From NCBI GenBank assembly GCA_051746325.1, contig JBNJEY010000001.1:1-47437 (forward strand): DNA of 47,437 nt. The letters run 5' to 3'. Below the pieces are notes generated by a model. That model was not told the origin of the DNA, did no database searches, and was given only the letters and a program-made list of their open reading frames with translations. This DNA is from Pseudomonadota bacterium (GTDB lineage: Bacteria > Pseudomonadota > Gammaproteobacteria > Thiomicrospirales > Thiomicrospiraceae). This document shows, piece after piece, positions 17,301 to 30,154 of the stretch (positions are counted from its first letter, which is position 1; the number at the start of each line of letters is the position of its first letter). Both the position numbers and the translations under genes were made by a program.

Positions 17301-17336
17301 AAGACGACCTGTGTTTAACAAAGCACGGGTCGTTTT
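17301..17336 (+). other. 16-bp hairpin between tRNA-Trp and secE
   Basis: AAGACGACCTGTGTTT-aaca-AAGCACGGGTCGTTTT. Confidence 0.55.
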
Positions 17337-17355
17337 ACATTTAGCTGATAGGTTT

Positions 17356-17739
17356 ATGAGTAAAGAGATGGAAAAACAAAGCGGATCGAACACCCTTGAT
17401 ACGGCAAAGTTAATATTGTCAATTGCCATTTTAATTGGTTCATTACTAGGGTATTACGTATTTCAAGAGGTTCACGGGGTTATCCGTGTTTTAGGTGTTG
17501 TGACCGGTATAGGGCTTGCACTGTATGTTCTTTACTTAACGACGATCGGTCGAAACTGGTACAACTATCTTAACCATGCCAAGCGTGAAGTTAAGCAGGT
17601 GGTATGGCCAACACGCCCAGAGACTGTGCAAATGACTTTAATTGTATTTGTTGTGGTTATCCTTATGGGTATATTTTTGTGGTTGGTTGATATGTTCTTT
17701 ATGTGGGCAGTACAGCTATTAACAGGTCAAGGTGGTTAA
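17356..17739 (+). CDS. secE: Preprotein translocase subunit SecE
   Basis: [13 protein letters not shown] motif and three TM segments; start moved downstream of the tRNA. Confidence 0.96.
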   Translation: MSKEMEKQSGSNTLDTAKLILSIAILIGSLLGYYVFQEVHGVIRVLGVVTGIGLALYVLYLTTIGRNWYNYLNHAKREVKQVVWPTRPETVQMTLIVFVVVILMGIFLWLVDMFFMWAVQLLTGQGG

Positions 17740-17740
17740 G

Positions 17741-18274
17741 ATGGCAAAGAGATGGTATGTCGTTCATGCATATTCAGGTTATGAGAATAAAGTAAAAGCG
17801 AGTTTAGCTGAGTATGTTGAACGCGCTGGGCTAGGTGAGTTTTTTGGTGAAATGCTCGTGCCTTCAGAGGATGTCGTTGAGATTCGTGACGGCAAGAAGC
17901 GTACGAGTGAGCGCAAGTTCTTCCCTGGTTATGTTTTAGTGCAGATGGAAATGAATGAAGACACTTGGCATCTCGTTAAAAGTGTTCCGCAGGTTATGGG
18001 TTTTATTGGTGGGACAAGTGGTCGTCCTGCTCCTATTTCTCAAAAAGAAGTAGATCGCATTCTTGAGCGTGTTGAAACAAGTGTTGATAAGCCTCGTCCC
18101 AAAGTTATGTATGAGCCAGGTGAGATGGTTCGTGTTACAGATGGTCCCTTTACTGACTTTGAAGCGGTATTGGAAGGCGTAGATTACGACAGAAATAAAT
18201 TGCAAGTGTCAGTATTAATATTTGGTCGTTCAACCCCGGTTGATCTTGAGTTTACTCAAGTAGAAAAGATTTAA
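17741..18274 (+). CDS. nusG: Transcription antitermination factor NusG
   Basis: [23 protein letters not shown] motif and IFGRSTPV. Confidence 0.99.
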   Translation: MAKRWYVVHAYSGYENKVKASLAEYVERAGLGEFFGEMLVPSEDVVEIRDGKKRTSERKFFPGYVLVQMEMNEDTWHLVKSVPQVMGFIGGTSGRPAPISQKEVDRILERVETSVDKPRPKVMYEPGEMVRVTDGPFTDFEAVLEGVDYDRNKLQVSVLIFGRSTPVDLEFTQVEKI

Positions 18275-18290
18275 ACTGATTTAACAACTA

Positions 18291-18314
18291 GGGGAGCCGA
18301 CAGGCGTTTGACCC
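18291..18314 (+). promoter_or_regulatory. Probable L1-binding leader of rplK-rplA
   Basis: GGGGAGCC-gaca-GGCG...ACCC resembles the proteobacterial L1 operator and sits just before the rplK RBS. Confidence 0.6.
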
Positions 18315-18330
18315 ATATTAGGAGAAAGTC

Positions 18331-18762
18331 ATGGCTAAGAAGATTACAGCCTATATTAAATTGCAAGTGCCAGCTGGTGCTGCAAACCCAAGTCCTCCAG
18401 TTGGTCCTGCTCTAGGTCAACATGGTGTTAACATTATGGAATTTTGTAAAGCGTTCAATGCTCAGACTCAAGGTCTTGAAGCTAAAATGCCTATTCCAGT
18501 CGTTATTTCGGTTTACAGTGATCGTAGCTTTACATTTATCACTAAGACGCCTCCCGCTTCAGTTCTTTTAAAGAAAGCAGCTGGGATTAAAAGTGGTAGT
18601 GCAGTTCCGAACATGAATAAGGTTGGTACAGTTACTCGTACGCAGTTAGAAGAGATTGCAACGACTAAGATGGCTGATCTTAATGCAAACGATTTAGAAT
18701 CGGCTGTCAACATTATTGCGGGCTCTGCTCGTAGTATGGGCCTAGTGGTAGAGGGTGAATAG
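18331..18762 (+). CDS. rplK: 50S ribosomal protein L11
   Basis: [23 protein letters not shown]. Confidence 0.99.
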   Translation: MAKKITAYIKLQVPAGAANPSPPVGPALGQHGVNIMEFCKAFNAQTQGLEAKMPIPVVISVYSDRSFTFITKTPPASVLLKKAAGIKSGSAVPNMNKVGTVTRTQLEEIATTKMADLNANDLESAVNIIAGSARSMGLVVEGE

Positions 18763-18763
18763 A

Positions 18764-19453
18764 ATGTCAAAGTTAACTAAAAGACAAAAAATCAGTGCAG
18801 AACGCGTTAATCGTGACGCAGCTTATAACATTATCGAAGGGTTTGACCTTGTTAAAGAGTTAGCAACTTCAAAGTTCGTTGAGTCTGTTGATGTTGCAAT
18901 TCGTTTAGGTATCGATCCTCGTAAGTCTGACCAGGTAGTGCGTGGTGCAACCGTTATGCCTAATGGGACGGGTAAGGATGTCCGCGTTGCCGTTTTTACC
19001 GGTGAAGCGAATCAAGCCGCAGCTAAAGCTGCGGGCGCTGAGTTCGTTGGTATGGAAGAGCTTGCAGCTGAAATCAAAAAAGGCATGATGGACTTCGACG
19101 TTGTTATCGCTTCTCCAGATGCGATGCGTGTTGTCGGTATGCTAGGTCAGGTTCTTGGTCCTCGTGGTCTTATGCCTAATCCTAAGACGGGCACGGTAAC
19201 GCCTGACGTTGTTGGCGCAATCAATAAAGCTAAAGCAGGTCAGGTTCGTTTCCGCGCAGATAAGGCGGGTATCGTTCATGCAGCAATCGGCACAGTTGAT
19301 TTTGATTCAGTAAAATTACAAGAAAACCTAAATGCCTTATTAGACGAACTTAGAAAAGTTAAACCTTCGTCTGCAAAAGGTGTTTATGTTAAGAAAGTGG
19401 CTATCTCTTCTACAATGGGCCCGGGCCTATTAATTGATCAGTCAACACTATAA
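18764..19453 (+). CDS. rplA: 50S ribosomal protein L1
   Basis: [18 protein letters not shown] and SSTMGP motifs. Confidence 0.99.
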   Translation: MSKLTKRQKISAERVNRDAAYNIIEGFDLVKELATSKFVESVDVAIRLGIDPRKSDQVVRGATVMPNGTGKDVRVAVFTGEANQAAAKAAGAEFVGMEELAAEIKKGMMDFDVVIASPDAMRVVGMLGQVLGPRGLMPNPKTGTVTPDVVGAINKAKAGQVRFRADKAGIVHAAIGTVDFDSVKLQENLNALLDELRKVKPSSAKGVYVKKVAISSTMGPGLLIDQSTL

Positions 19454-19540
19454 TGGTGGTTGCACGCATTAAGTGTGCAGCCACTATTTGCGAATTGGGA
19501 CTCCTTATGAACATTAATTTGATTTCGAGTGAGTGCCCAT

Positions 19541-19600
19541 CGCAGACCGTAGGTGAGTGCAGAACATGCACTCTTAATAGTCATTAAGCCTACGTAGATG
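19541..19600 (+). promoter_or_regulatory. L10 leader (L10/L12 autoregulatory RNA)
   Basis: AGACCGTAGG...TTAA...CCTACGTAGATGG pattern upstream of rplJ. Confidence 0.75.
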
Positions 19601-19646
19601 GAAGAGTCTAATCGTTTCAGAATGAATAGACTGTTTGGAGGGTAAA

Positions 19647-20147
19647 ATGGCACTCAATATCGAAGGTAAAAAGCTTGTCGTTGAAGAAGTTTCTGCAGTT
19701 GCTGCAGAAGCGGGTTCAATGGTTGCTGCTGAATATCGTGGTTTGACTGTAGATCAAATGACCCAATTACGTGCTAGCGCTCGTGCTGCAGGTGTAAAAG
19801 TTCGTGTTGTAAAAAACACACTTGCGCGTCGTGCAGTTGCTGGTACTAAATTTGAAGACATGAGTGAGACTTTTAAAGGTCCACTTGTTTTCGCTTTCTC
19901 TGGTGAAGAGTTAGGGAATGCAGCCCGTGTATTCAAAGACTTCTCTAAAAATAATGAGGCACTTGTTGTTAAGTCATTATCGATTGGAGAAGGGGTTATG
20001 GATGCTAGCCACTTGGCTACTATTGCAGCACTACCGACTTACGATGAAGCACTAAGTAAGCTTCTATACGTTATGAAAGAACCTATTGCGAAAATCGCAC
20101 GTGGTTTGGTTGCTGTTAAAGAGCAAAAAGAAGCTGAAGCAGCTTAA
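19647..20147 (+). CDS. rplJ: 50S ribosomal protein L10
   Basis: EYRGLTV and VVKNTLARRA motifs; GGAGG RBS before ATG 19647. Confidence 0.99.
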   Translation: MALNIEGKKLVVEEVSAVAAEAGSMVAAEYRGLTVDQMTQLRASARAAGVKVRVVKNTLARRAVAGTKFEDMSETFKGPLVFAFSGEELGNAARVFKDFSKNNEALVVKSLSIGEGVMDASHLATIAALPTYDEALSKLLYVMKEPIAKIARGLVAVKEQKEAEAA

Positions 20148-20197
20148 AGCTTCACTTAAGATCAAATTAAATAATATTAAAATTTTGGAGATTTCAA

Positions 20198-20566
20198 ATG
20201 TCTATAAGTAAAGAAGATATTCTAGAAGCAGTTGCTAACATGTCAGTAATGGATGTTGTTGAACTTGTTGAAGCAATGGAAGAGAAGTTCGGTGTATCAG
20301 CAGCGGCCGTCGCTGTAGCTGGTCCTGCTGGTGATGTTGCTGCAGTTGAAGAGCAAACTGAGTTTGACGTTGTTCTTACGGGTGCTGGCGCAAACAAAGT
20401 AGCCGCAATCAAAGCGGTTCGTGCTGCAACCGGACTTGGTCTAAAAGAAGCTAAAGCGGCTGTAGAGAGCGCTCCGTTCACATTGAAGGAAGGCGCTTCT
20501 AAAGAAGACGCAGAAGCGTTAGCTAACGAGCTTAAAGAAGCTGGTATTGAAGTAGAAGTTAAGTAA
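20198..20566 (+). CDS. rplL: 50S ribosomal protein L7/L12
   Basis: [17 protein letters not shown] and GLGLKEAK motifs. Confidence 0.99.
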   Translation: MSISKEDILEAVANMSVMDVVELVEAMEEKFGVSAAAVAVAGPAGDVAAVEEQTEFDVVLTGAGANKVAAIKAVRAATGLGLKEAKAAVESAPFTLKEGASKEDAEALANELKEAGIEVEVK

Positions 20567-20601
20567 TCTAACGCTACTTGCTGCGTAAGCAGCGTTGAAA
20601 T

Positions 20602-20630
20602 GGCTGGCGCCTTGGCGCCGGCCTTTTCTC
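20602..20630 (+). terminator. rplL-rpoB attenuator/terminator
   Basis: GGCTGGCGC-cttg-GCGCCGGCC-TTTTCT. Confidence 0.75.
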
Positions 20631-20757
20631 GTTTTTAACAGTGTGTAAAAGTGTGTTAGTAACGTGTGGATAACTTTTCCATAGCTACTACAGTTTTATG
20701 CATTATTTTGTAACGATTGTTACATGCATCCGGACAATCATATCGTCGAGGTAAACG

Positions 20758-23700
20758 ATGACATATTCATTAGTCGAAAAGAAACGAATTCGTAAAGATT
20801 TTGCGAAGCTTCCATCCATCCTAGAGGTTCCTTATTTGCTTTCTTTGCAAAAAGGATCTTTCCATGATTTCTTACAGATCGATAAGAAGCCAGCTGAAAG
20901 AGCTAAAGTTGGTCTTCATTCTGCATTTAAATCTGTTTTTCCTATTCACGGAGTCGCAGGTACTGCAGATTTAGAATACGTCAGCTACCATATGGGTCAA
21001 CCTGAGTTTGACGTTAAAGAGTGTAAGCAACGTGGTGTGACCTATGCATCGCCATTGCGCGTTAAGATGCGTTTGGTGCTTTTTGATAAGACGGCCCCTG
21101 TTGGAAAGCGTCCTGTTAAGGATGTTAAAGAGCAGGAGGTTTATCTAGGTGATATCCCTTTAATGACCGATAACGGAACCTTTGTTATCAACGGGACTGA
21201 GCGTGTCATTGTGACTCAGCTGCATCGTTCACCGGGGGTTATTTTTGATAATGATAAGGGTAAGTCGCACTCGTCTGGTAAGTTGTTGTTTAACGCTCGT
21301 GTTATTCCATATCGTGGTTCGTGGTTAGATTTTGAGTTCGACCATAATGATTGTATATTTGCACGTATCGATCGTCGTCGTAAGTTACCAGTGTCCGTTT
21401 TCTTACGTGCAATGGGTTATTCAAACGAAGATATTCTTGCAGAGTTTTTTGTAGCCAATACGATTAAGGTTACGACTAAGGGCTATGAGCTTATTCTGGA
21501 TGCAGATCAGCTTAAAGGTGAAACTGCTGGTTTTGATATTGTGCATGATGGTAAGAAAATTATTACCGCGGGTAAGAAGATCAATGCTCGTAATGTTAAG
21601 GCTCTTAAAGAATCTGGCATTAAGAGTACAATTGTTCCTGAAGAGTATTTGGTTGGTAAGGTACTTGCCTCTGGTGTGACTGATACCACTACGGGCGAGC
21701 TTGTTTGTCGTACCAATGAAGTTTTGACTGCTGAGACATTAGATAAGATCGCTCAGATTAAGGGTTGTGTTTTCAGGGTACTTTACATTGATGAGCTAGA
21801 AAATGGCCCTTATATTTCTGACACCCTGAATCTTGATTCAACCACTTCTCAGCTTGAAGCTCAGGTAGAAATTTACCGCATGATGCGTCCTGGTGAGCCA
21901 CCAACAAAAGAATCTTCTGAAGCGTTGTTTAAAAGCTTGTTCTTTGATGAAGCACGTTATGATCTATCTTCTGTTGGTCGCATGAAGCTTAATCGACGTA
22001 TGGGTCGTAAAAAGAATGACGGCGCAACTGTGTTAGAGAAGGAAGATATCCTTGATGTGTTACGTGAGTTAATCAGTATCCGTAATGGGTTAAGTATGGT
22101 GGATGATATTGATGCATTAGGTAATCGTCGTATTCGTGCTGTTGGTGAAATGGCTGAAAATGCATTTCGTGTCGGTCTAGTCCGTGTTGAACGTGCTGTG
22201 AAAGAACGTTTGAATCAAGCTGAAACAGATGGTTTATTGCCTCAGGATTTGATTAACGCAAAGCCTGTATCGGCTGCTGTTAAAGAGTTCTTTGGTTCGA
22301 GTCAGTTATCACAGTTTATGGATCAGGTTAACCCGCTTTCTGAAGTAACGCACAAGCGTCGTGTTTCAGCTCTTGGGCCTGGTGGCCTTACTCGTGAACG
22401 TGCAGGATTTGAGGTGCGTGATGTGCACCCTACTCACTATGGTCGTGTTTGCCCAATTGAAACACCTGAAGGACCTAACATTGGTCTTATCAATACACTG
22501 GCAATCTATGCTAAAACAAATGAATATGGTTTTCTAGAAACACCATATCGTAAAGTTATTGATGGACAGTTGACGGATGAAGTCGAGTATATTTCAGCAA
22601 TTGATGAGATGAGGTATGTGATTGCTCAGGCAAGTGCAAATGTGGATGCCCAAGGCCGTTTCACTGACACTCTTATTTCAGCTCGTCATAAAAACGAATT
22701 TACATTGGCTTCTCCTAAGGATATCAATCTGATGGATGTTTCGCCTAAGCAGATTGTTTCTGTTGCGGCTGCTTTGATTCCCTTTCTAGAGCATGATGAT
22801 GCTAACCGTGCCCTCATGGGTGCTAACATGCAGCGTCAGGCCGTTCCTACCTTACGTGCAGATAAACCTCTAGTCGGAACAGGTATTGAAAAAATTGTTG
22901 CTAACGATTCTGGTGTTACCGTTATAGCAGAGCGTGGTGGTGAAGTACTATCTTCTGACGCTGCGCGTATTGTTGTACGAGTCAGTACAGATGAAATCAA
23001 AGATGGTGAGTCTGGGGTTGATATCTATAACTTGGTTAAGTACCAACGTTCTAACCAGAACACCTGTATTAATCAGAAGCCAATTGTGAAAGCCGGTGAT
23101 TTGGTTGTTCGTGGTGATGTAATGGCGGATGGTCCTTCCACAGATTTAGGTGAGTTGGCTTTAGGTCAAAACATGCGGATCGCATTTATGCCATGGAATG
23201 GTTATAACTTCGAGGATTCAATCCTAGTCTCTGAACGTGTTGTTCAGGAAGATCGTTATACCACCATTCATATTGAAGAATTAACCTGTTTAGCGCGTGA
23301 CACAAAACTTGGTCCTGAAGAAATTACAGCCGATATTCCAAACGTTGGCGAGTCTGCCTTAGGTCGTCTTGATGAGTGCGGTATTGTTTATGTTGGTGCT
23401 GAAGTTAAGCAGGGTGATATCCTGGTTGGTAAGGTAACGCCTAAGGGTGAAACTCAGCTAACGCCTGAAGAGAAACTTCTACGAGCAATCTTCGGTGAAA
23501 AAGCATCAGATGTTAAGGATACCTCTTTACGTGTGACCAAAGGTATCGAAGGTACGGTTATCGATGTTCAGGTCTTTACTCGTGAAGGGATTGACAAGGA
23601 TGCTCGTGCATTAGAGATTCAGGAACAAGAACTAACAAAAGTCCGTAAGGATATTGATGAGCAGTACACGATTCTTGAGGATGATACTTTAGAGCGTGTT

Positions 23701-24816
23701 AAAGCGATGCTTCTTGGTAAGAAGTTAGTTGATGGAACAGTTGTTAATGACGAATTCTTAGCGGGTGTTGAGCGTGCTAGATGGTTCGGTTTGAATGTTG
23801 ATGATGCTGAAACTTCACGTCTGTTAGAGTTACTAGAAGCTCAACTCAAAGCACAACGAACTGAATACAACGAAGCTTATGAAGAGAAGCGTAAGAAGTT
23901 AACGCAAGGTGATGATTTAGCGCCAGGTGTATCTAAGATGGTTAAGGTGTATGTGGCTATTAAGCGCCGTATTCAACCGGGTGATAAGATGGCGGGTCGT
24001 CATGGTAACAAAGGTGTCATATCACGCATTTGCCCAGTCGAAGACATGCCATATGATGAAACGGGTCGTCCTGTTGATATCTGTCTTAACCCTCTAGGTG
24101 TTCCGTCACGTATGAACGTAGGCCAGATTCTAGAGGTTCATTTAGGGCTTGCCGCTGAAGGTCTTGGTACTAAGATTAATAAGATGCTTCAAGAGCAGGC
24201 AGAAATCGTCGAATTGAGAAAGTTCCTAGATAAAATCTATAATGAAACCCAGGGTCAGTCTGTTGATTTAGATCAGTTTAGCGATGCAGAGATTGTCGAG
24301 TTGGCACACAACCTTAAGAAAGGTGTTCCTGTTGCATCTCCTGTGTTTGATGGTGCTCCAGAACCGCAGATTAAGTCCCTATTGAGACTAGCTGACCTGC
24401 CTGAGTCGGGCCAAATGAAGTTATTTGATGGCCAGACAGGAGAGGAGTTCGATCGTCCAGTAACCGTTGGTTATATGTACTATCTGAAATTGAATCACTT
24501 GGTTGATGATAAGATGCATGCACGTTCGACTGGGCCTTATAGTTTAGTAACACAGCAGCCGTTGGGTGGTAAAGCTCAGTTTGGTGGGCAGCGTTTCGGC
24601 GAAATGGAAGTATGGGCGCTAGAAGCCTACGGTGCGGCATTTACACTGCAAGAAATGTTGACGGTTAAGTCAGATGATTTGAACGGTCGTACAAGAATGT
24701 ATAAAAACATTGTTGATGGTAATGAGTACATGGAACCTGGTATGCCTGAGTCATTCAGTGTATTACGTAAAGAGATTCGTGCATTAGGTATTGATATCGA
24801 GTTGGAGCAAGATTAA
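20758..24816 (+). CDS. rpoB: RNA polymerase beta subunit
   Basis: [24 protein letters not shown] and [17 protein letters not shown] motifs. Confidence 0.99.
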   Translation: MTYSLVEKKRIRKDFAKLPSILEVPYLLSLQKGSFHDFLQIDKKPAERAKVGLHSAFKSVFPIHGVAGTADLEYVSYHMGQPEFDVKECKQRGVTYASPLRVKMRLVLFDKTAPVGKRPVKDVKEQEVYLGDIPLMTDNGTFVINGTERVIVTQLHRSPGVIFDNDKGKSHSSGKLLFNARVIPYRGSWLDFEFDHNDCIFARIDRRRKLPVSVFLRAMGYSNEDILAEFFVANTIKVTTKGYELILDADQLKGETAGFDIVHDGKKIITAGKKINARNVKALKESGIKSTIVPEEYLVGKVLASGVTDTTTGELVCRTNEVLTAETLDKIAQIKGCVFRVLYIDELENGPYISDTLNLDSTTSQLEAQVEIYRMMRPGEPPTKESSEALFKSLFFDEARYDLSSVGRMKLNRRMGRKKNDGATVLEKEDILDVLRELISIRNGLSMVDDIDALGNRRIRAVGEMAENAFRVGLVRVERAVKERLNQAETDGLLPQDLINAKPVSAAVKEFFGSSQLSQFMDQVNPLSEVTHKRRVSALGPGGLTRERAGFEVRDVHPTHYGRVCPIETPEGPNIGLINTLAIYAKTNEYGFLETPYRKVIDGQLTDEVEYISAIDEMRYVIAQASANVDAQGRFTDTLISARHKNEFTLASPKDINLMDVSPKQIVSVAAALIPFLEHDDANRALMGANMQRQAVPTLRADKPLVGTGIEKIVANDSGVTVIAERGGEVLSSDAARIVVRVSTDEIKDGESGVDIYNLVKYQRSNQNTCINQKPIVKAGDLVVRGDVMADGPSTDLGELALGQNMRIAFMPWNGYNFEDSILVSERVVQEDRYTTIHIEELTCLARDTKLGPEEITADIPNVGESALGRLDECGIVYVGAEVKQGDILVGKVTPKGETQLTPEEKLLRAIFGEKASDVKDTSLRVTKGIEGTVIDVQVFTREGIDKDARALEIQEQELTKVRKDIDEQYTILEDDTLERVKAMLLGKKLVDGTVVNDEFLAGVERARWFGLNVDDAETSRLLELLEAQLKAQRTEYNEAYEEKRKKLTQGDDLAPGVSKMVKVYVAIKRRIQPGDKMAGRHGNKGVISRICPVEDMPYDETGRPVDICLNPLGVPSRMNVGQILEVHLGLAAEGLGTKINKMLQEQAEIVELRKFLDKIYNETQGQSVDLDQFSDAEIVELAHNLKKGVPVASPVFDGAPEPQIKSLLRLADLPESGQMKLFDGQTGEEFDRPVTVGYMYYLKLNHLVDDKMHARSTGPYSLVTQQPLGGKAQFGGQRFGEMEVWALEAYGAAFTLQEMLTVKSDDLNGRTRMYKNIVDGNEYMEPGMPESFSVLRKEIRALGIDIELEQD

Positions 24817-27800
24817 TGAAAGATTTACTTGGATTTCTAAAAAAACAAAATGTCAGTAGTGATTTTGACGCCATTAAAGTGTCTCTTGCTTCTCCTGAAA
24901 AAATTCGTTCATGGTCTTTTGGTGAAGTTAAAAAGCCTGAGACGATTAACTATCGTACTTTTAAGCCAGAACGTGATGGTTTGTTCTGTGCGAAGATTTT
25001 CGGACCAATTCGCGATTTTGAGTGCTTATGTGGTAAGTACAAGCGTTTAAAGCATCGTGGTGTCATCTGTGAAAAGTGTGGTGTTGAAGTCACTCAGTCT
25101 AAGGTTCGTCGTGAACGTATGGGTCATATTGACCTAGCGACTTCTGTTGCACATATTTGGTTCCTAAAATCACTGCCTTCTCGTATTGGTTTGATGTTAG
25201 ATAAAACATTGAAATCAATCGAGTCTGTATTGTATTTTGAAGCCTTCATGGTCGTTGATCCAGGATTAACGCCTCTAGAACCATGGCAGTTATTGACTGA
25301 AGAAGAGTATCTGGATGCTTTGGATGAGCATGGCGACGAATTTGAAGCCCTAATGGGGGCTGATGCCATTAAGAGAATGTTGCAGTCAATTGATTTGGCC
25401 AGTGAAGCTGAAAGTTTACGTGAAGAAGTTGAAAGCACGAATTCTGAAACTAAACAGAAGAAAATTTCAAAACGTTTGAAGTTAATCGAATCATTCTTGG
25501 GTTCTGGAAATAAGCCTGAATGGATGATTTTAGATGTTCTACCAGTTTTACCTCCAGAGCTTCGTCCATTAGTGCCGCTAGACGGTGGCCGTTTCGCGAC
25601 ATCTGATTTGAATGATTTATACCGTCGCGTGATCAATCGTAACAACCGTTTAAAGCGATTATTAGACCTCATGGCACCTGATATTATTGTTCGAAACGAA
25701 AAACGTATGTTGCAAGAGTCTGTTGATTCTTTGCTGGATAACGGGCGCCGCGGTCGTGCCGTTACGGGGACTAACAAGCGTCAGCTTAAGTCTTTAGCCG
25801 ATATGATTAAAGGTAAGCAAGGTCGTTTCCGTCAAAACTTACTTGGTAAGCGTGTTGATTACTCAGGCCGTTCAGTTATCGTGGTTGGCCCCACACTGAT
25901 GTTGCATCAGTGTGGTCTACCTAAGAAGATGGCTCTTGAGTTATTCAAGCCATTCATCTTCAGTAAATTACAGAAACGTGGTTCTGCTCCGACAATCAAA
26001 GCGGCTAAGAAAATGGTAGAGCAAGGTTTGCCAGAAGTTTGGGACGTGTTGGATGAAGTAATTCGTGAACATCCAATTCTTCTTAACCGTGCTCCTACTC
26101 TTCATAGATTGGGTATCCAGGCATTTGAACCAGTTCTTATCGAAGGTAAGGCAATTAACTTGCACCCTCTAGTATGTTCTGCATTCAACGCCGATTTCGA
26201 TGGAGATCAGATGGCGGTACACGTACCACTATCATTAGAAGCTCAGATTGAAGCGCGTACATTGATGATGTCTACAAATAACCTATTGTCACCTGCAAAC
26301 GGTGAGCCAATCATCGTTCCTTCACAGGATGTTGTATTGGGTCTTTATTATGTGACACGAGAGCAAATTAATGCAATCGGTGAAGGTATGGCGTTTTCTA
26401 GCTGGCAAGAAGTTCAGCGAGCTTTAGATGCGAATGTTGTGCATATTCACACAAAAATAAAGCTTAAGTTTGTTGAAACATTAGTTGATGATGAAGGGAC
26501 TGAGAGTGTAGCAACCCGTATTGTTGATACCACTGTTGGACGAGCAATTATTTCAAGAATTTTGCCTAAGGGTTTGAGTTTTGACCTATTGAACCTTAAC
26601 TTAACCAAGAAGAACATTAGTACTGTCTTGAATACTTGTTACCGAGTATTAGGTCCTAAAGAGACTGTTATTTTTGCGGATCAGTTAATGTATGCTGGTT
26701 TTAAATGGTCGACAATGGGAGGTCTATCCTTCTGTTCTGACGATATGTTAATTCCGGATGAGAAAGCAGGTATTATCAATCGTGCGGAAGCTCAGGTAGA
26801 AGAGATTCAGAGTCAGTTTTCACAAGGTTTGGTAACAGAAGGGGAGCGTTATAACAAGGTTGTTGATATTTGGTCTCACACAAATGAGTTAGTGACTAAA
26901 GCAATGATGCAAGAACTCCAGTTTGAAACCGTTATAGATGCTAAAGGCAATGAGATTCAACAAACTTCATTTAACTCTGTTTACATGATGGCAGATTCTG
27001 GTGCTCGTGGTTCCGTTGCTCAGATGCGTCAGCTAGGTGGAATGCGTGGTCTGATGGCTAAGCCTGATGGGTCGATCATTGAAACACCGATTACAGCTAA
27101 CTTCCGTGAAGGTTTAAATGTACTTCAGTACTTTATTTCGACACACGGGGCACGTAAAGGTCTGGCTGATACGGCATTGAAGACAGCTAACTCTGGTTAT
27201 CTGACTCGTCGTTTGGTAGATGTAGCACAAGACGTTGTTGTTCGAGAACGTAATTGTGGTACCGAAGCGGGTGTCTTAATGAAAGCCCATGTTGAAGGTG
27301 GAGATGTCGTCGAAACTCTAAATGTCAGAGTTTTAGGACGTTACACTAATGAAGATGTAATGACTCGCGATGACAAGTTATTGATTGCTAATGGTACTTT
27401 AATAGATGAGAAGATTGCAGGAGTCATTGATGCTAATGGTATCGATCATATCCTTGTACGTTCACCTATGACTTGTGAAACCAAATTTGGTATTTGTCAA
27501 CAGTGTTATGGTCGTGACTTGGCTCGTGGTCATTTGGTTAATATGGGTGAGGCAGTCGGTGTTATGGCAGCTCAGTCTATCGGCGAGCCTGGTACTCAGC
27601 TGACAATGCGTACTTTCCATATAGGTGGTACGGCATCCGGCTCAGCGGCACAAAGTCAGATTGAAGTTAAGCATGCTGGTACCGTTAAGTATGACGCAAT
27701 TAAAACAATTACTAACCCTGATGGTCAAATTGTAGTTACATCTCGTTCTGGTGTGGTTTCTATCCTAGATGAAACAGGTCGTGAGCAAGAGCGTTATAAA

Positions 27801-29048
27801 ATCCAATATGGTAGTGTGTTGACGGTTAAAGATGGTGGTTCAATTACGGCTGGTGAGATACTTGCTCAGTGGGATCCGCATACTCACCCAGTTATAACTG
27901 AAGTTTCTGGTCAAGCAATCTTTGGTAACTTTGAAGGTGCAGTTGAAGAGACTGTTGATGAGTTAACGGGTTTGACAACTTACGTGGTTAAGGACGCGAA
28001 AGAGCGTGCTACTGCTGCGAAAGAAGCTCGTCCGTTTATAGCATTGGTCAGTGCCGCTGGAGAACCTATAAACTTCCCAGGTACGCAGACACCAGCTATA
28101 TATTACTTACCAGAAAACGGTGTTGTTGTTATTCAAGAAAATGCAGAGATCGGTGCTGGTCAAGTACTCGCGCGTATACCTCAAGCATCTTCTAAAAATA
28201 AGGATATCACTGGTGGTCTTCCACGCGTTGCTGACTTATTTGAAGCGCGTCAGCCTAAAGAGCCTTCTATTATGGCAGAAGTATCTGGTGTAGTTGGTTT
28301 TGGTAAAGAAACCAAAGGTAAGCAGCGTCTTGTTATTACCCAAGATAGTGGTGAACAGTATGAGGACTTGATTCCTAAGTGGCGTAAGGTGAGTGTTTTT
28401 GAAGGTGAGCGTGTAGAGAAAGGGGATATCGTTGTTGATGGTAATCCTAATCCTCATGATATCCTACGTTTATTGGGCATTAAAAAACTTGCTGAGTATA
28501 TTGTGGACGAAGTCCAGGATGTATATCGTTTACAGGGTGTAAAAATCAATGATAAGCATATTGAGACAATTGTTCGTCAAATGCTTCGCAAAGTTGAAAT
28601 TAAAACTGTTGGTGATACTGGTCTTATTAAAGGTGAGCAAACGGAGTACTCTAAAGTACTTCGTCTAAATGAGCAGGCTCGTGAAGCGGGTGAGATTGAA
28701 GCCACCTACGATCGTGTCTTGTTAGGGATCACTAAAGCATCATTGGCGACTGAGTCATTTATCTCAGCCGCTTCATTCCAAGAAACAACACGTGTATTAA
28801 CGGAAGCTGCTGTAAGTGGCAAGCGTGATAGATTGGTTGGTTTGAAGGAAAATGTTATTGTTGGTCGCTTGATTCCAGCTGGTACAGGTTTCGCCTATCA
28901 CCAAGCTAGAAGAAAGGCTGCTGAGAAAGCTGCAGAAGAGTTACAAGTCTTTATGAAAACGGAAGAAACTTCTGAAACCGTTGATGAAGTTGTTGAGCTG
29001 ACTAGTGCAGATGTAGTAGAAGAAGTAATCACAGAGGACGAAGGCTAA
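24816..29048 (+). CDS. rpoC: RNA polymerase beta-prime subunit
   Basis: NADFDGD catalytic motif, Zn-finger cysteines, [15 protein letters not shown]. Confidence 0.99.
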   Translation: MKDLLGFLKKQNVSSDFDAIKVSLASPEKIRSWSFGEVKKPETINYRTFKPERDGLFCAKIFGPIRDFECLCGKYKRLKHRGVICEKCGVEVTQSKVRRERMGHIDLATSVAHIWFLKSLPSRIGLMLDKTLKSIESVLYFEAFMVVDPGLTPLEPWQLLTEEEYLDALDEHGDEFEALMGADAIKRMLQSIDLASEAESLREEVESTNSETKQKKISKRLKLIESFLGSGNKPEWMILDVLPVLPPELRPLVPLDGGRFATSDLNDLYRRVINRNNRLKRLLDLMAPDIIVRNEKRMLQESVDSLLDNGRRGRAVTGTNKRQLKSLADMIKGKQGRFRQNLLGKRVDYSGRSVIVVGPTLMLHQCGLPKKMALELFKPFIFSKLQKRGSAPTIKAAKKMVEQGLPEVWDVLDEVIREHPILLNRAPTLHRLGIQAFEPVLIEGKAINLHPLVCSAFNADFDGDQMAVHVPLSLEAQIEARTLMMSTNNLLSPANGEPIIVPSQDVVLGLYYVTREQINAIGEGMAFSSWQEVQRALDANVVHIHTKIKLKFVETLVDDEGTESVATRIVDTTVGRAIISRILPKGLSFDLLNLNLTKKNISTVLNTCYRVLGPKETVIFADQLMYAGFKWSTMGGLSFCSDDMLIPDEKAGIINRAEAQVEEIQSQFSQGLVTEGERYNKVVDIWSHTNELVTKAMMQELQFETVIDAKGNEIQQTSFNSVYMMADSGARGSVAQMRQLGGMRGLMAKPDGSIIETPITANFREGLNVLQYFISTHGARKGLADTALKTANSGYLTRRLVDVAQDVVVRERNCGTEAGVLMKAHVEGGDVVETLNVRVLGRYTNEDVMTRDDKLLIANGTLIDEKIAGVIDANGIDHILVRSPMTCETKFGICQQCYGRDLARGHLVNMGEAVGVMAAQSIGEPGTQLTMRTFHIGGTASGSAAQSQIEVKHAGTVKYDAIKTITNPDGQIVVTSRSGVVSILDETGREQERYKIQYGSVLTVKDGGSITAGEILAQWDPHTHPVITEVSGQAIFGNFEGAVEETVDELTGLTTYVVKDAKERATAAKEARPFIALVSAAGEPINFPGTQTPAIYYLPENGVVVIQENAEIGAGQVLARIPQASSKNKDITGGLPRVADLFEARQPKEPSIMAEVSGVVGFGKETKGKQRLVITQDSGEQYEDLIPKWRKVSVFEGERVEKGDIVVDGNPNPHDILRLLGIKKLAEYIVDEVQDVYRLQGVKINDKHIETIVRQMLRKVEIKTVGDTGLIKGEQTEYSKVLRLNEQAREAGEIEATYDRVLLGITKASLATESFISAASFQETTRVLTEAAVSGKRDRLVGLKENVIVGRLIPAGTGFAYHQARRKAAEKAAEELQVFMKTEETSETVDEVVELTSADVVEEVITEDEG

Positions 29049-29074
29049 TCTAAATCATTTCAAGTAGTTAATGC

Positions 29075-29103
29075 TTGACTTATGTTGTTTAGGCCTTTAG
29101 AAT
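29075..29103 (+). promoter_or_regulatory. Promoter of the str operon
   Basis: TTGACT-17-TAGAAT. Confidence 0.75.
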
Positions 29104-29185
29104 CCTCTATCCTTATGTGCGGGCTAAAAGATTGGTCCGCAATTCGTATTAAAGTTAGAGTTAATCTCAAATTTGGAGAAAAAGA

Positions 29186-29560
29186 ATGGCGACTATTAAC
29201 CAGTTGGTGCGTAAGCCGCGTAAAGATAAACGTAAGATTTCAAACGTTGCAGCGTTAGAGGCTTGTCCTCAGCGTCGCGGTGTTTGTACGCGTGTTTATA
29301 CAACGACCCCTAAGAAGCCTAACTCTGCTCTGCGTAAAGTTGCGCGTGTACGATTAACAAATGGTTATGAAGTAGCTTCCTATATTGGTGGTGAAGGTCA
29401 TAACTTGCAAGAGCACTCGGTTATTCTTATCCGTGGTGGTCGTGTTAAAGATTTACCTGGTGTACGTTACCATACAGTTCGTGGAGCATTAGATTGCTCT
29501 GGCGTTTCTGAGCGTAGACAAGGTCGTTCGAAGTACGGTGCAAAGCGTCCTAAAGGTTAG
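29186..29560 (+). CDS. rpsL: 30S ribosomal protein S12
   Basis: [13 protein letters not shown] and [12 protein letters not shown] motifs. Confidence 0.99.
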   Translation: MATINQLVRKPRKDKRKISNVAALEACPQRRGVCTRVYTTTPKKPNSALRKVARVRLTNGYEVASYIGGEGHNLQEHSVILIRGGRVKDLPGVRYHTVRGALDCSGVSERRQGRSKYGAKRPKG

Positions 29561-29621
29561 TAATTAACTTTTAACATGCGATTTGCAGTTTTGTGTAATA
29601 TTTATACCGGAAGAGTTAAGA

Positions 29622-30095
29622 ATGGCAAGAAGAAGAGAAATACCAAAAAGACAGGTTCTGCCTGATCCTAAGTTCGGCAATTTAACGCTAACTAAGTTTG
29701 TAAATATGATTATGGTCAGTGGTAAAAAAGCGATTGCTGAAAAGATTGTTTATGATGCGTTAGACGTTGTTGTTGAGCGTAAAAATGGTGGCGACCACGC
29801 TGCATTTTTACAAGAGGCACTAGAGAATGTTGGCCCGATGGTCGAAGTTAAATCTCGTCGTGTTGGTGGTGCAACGTATCAGGTTCCAGTAGAAGTTCGC
29901 CCAGAACGTAAAATAGCTTTAGCTATGCGTTGGACGGTTGATGCTGCTCGTAAACGTAGCGAGAAAGGTATGATGTTGCGTTTAGCGGGAGAACTTGGTG
30001 ATGCTCTTGAGGGTCGTGGTTCTGCAGTTAAGAAAAAAGAAGATACTCACAGAATGGCCGAGGCAAATAAAGCCTTCTCTCATTTCCGTTGGTAA
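29622..30095 (+). CDS. rpsG: 30S ribosomal protein S7
   Basis: [15 protein letters not shown] and [15 protein letters not shown]; start is MARRR at 29622. Confidence 0.99.
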   Translation: MARRREIPKRQVLPDPKFGNLTLTKFVNMIMVSGKKAIAEKIVYDALDVVVERKNGGDHAAFLQEALENVGPMVEVKSRRVGGATYQVPVEVRPERKIALAMRWTVDAARKRSEKGMMLRLAGELGDALEGRGSAVKKKEDTHRMAEANKAFSHFRW

Positions 30096-30102
30096 TCTGA
30101 TT

Positions 30103-30128
30103 AGGCCCTTCTTAGGGCCTTTATTTTT
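30103..30128 (+). terminator. Terminator-like hairpin between rpsG and fusA
   Basis: AGGCCCT-tctt-AGGGCCT-TTATTTTT. Confidence 0.55.
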
Positions 30129-30154
30129 TGTACAAATTAAAAAAGGTTATTAAA

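Noticed and set aside
17061-17429. 122-aa minus-strand ORF
   Set aside because: Antisense to the tuf end, tRNA-Trp and secE
25124-25777. 217-aa antisense ORF in rpoC
   Set aside because: Typical in-register antisense shadow caused by codon bias in a highly expressed gene; Ser/Arg-rich with no motif
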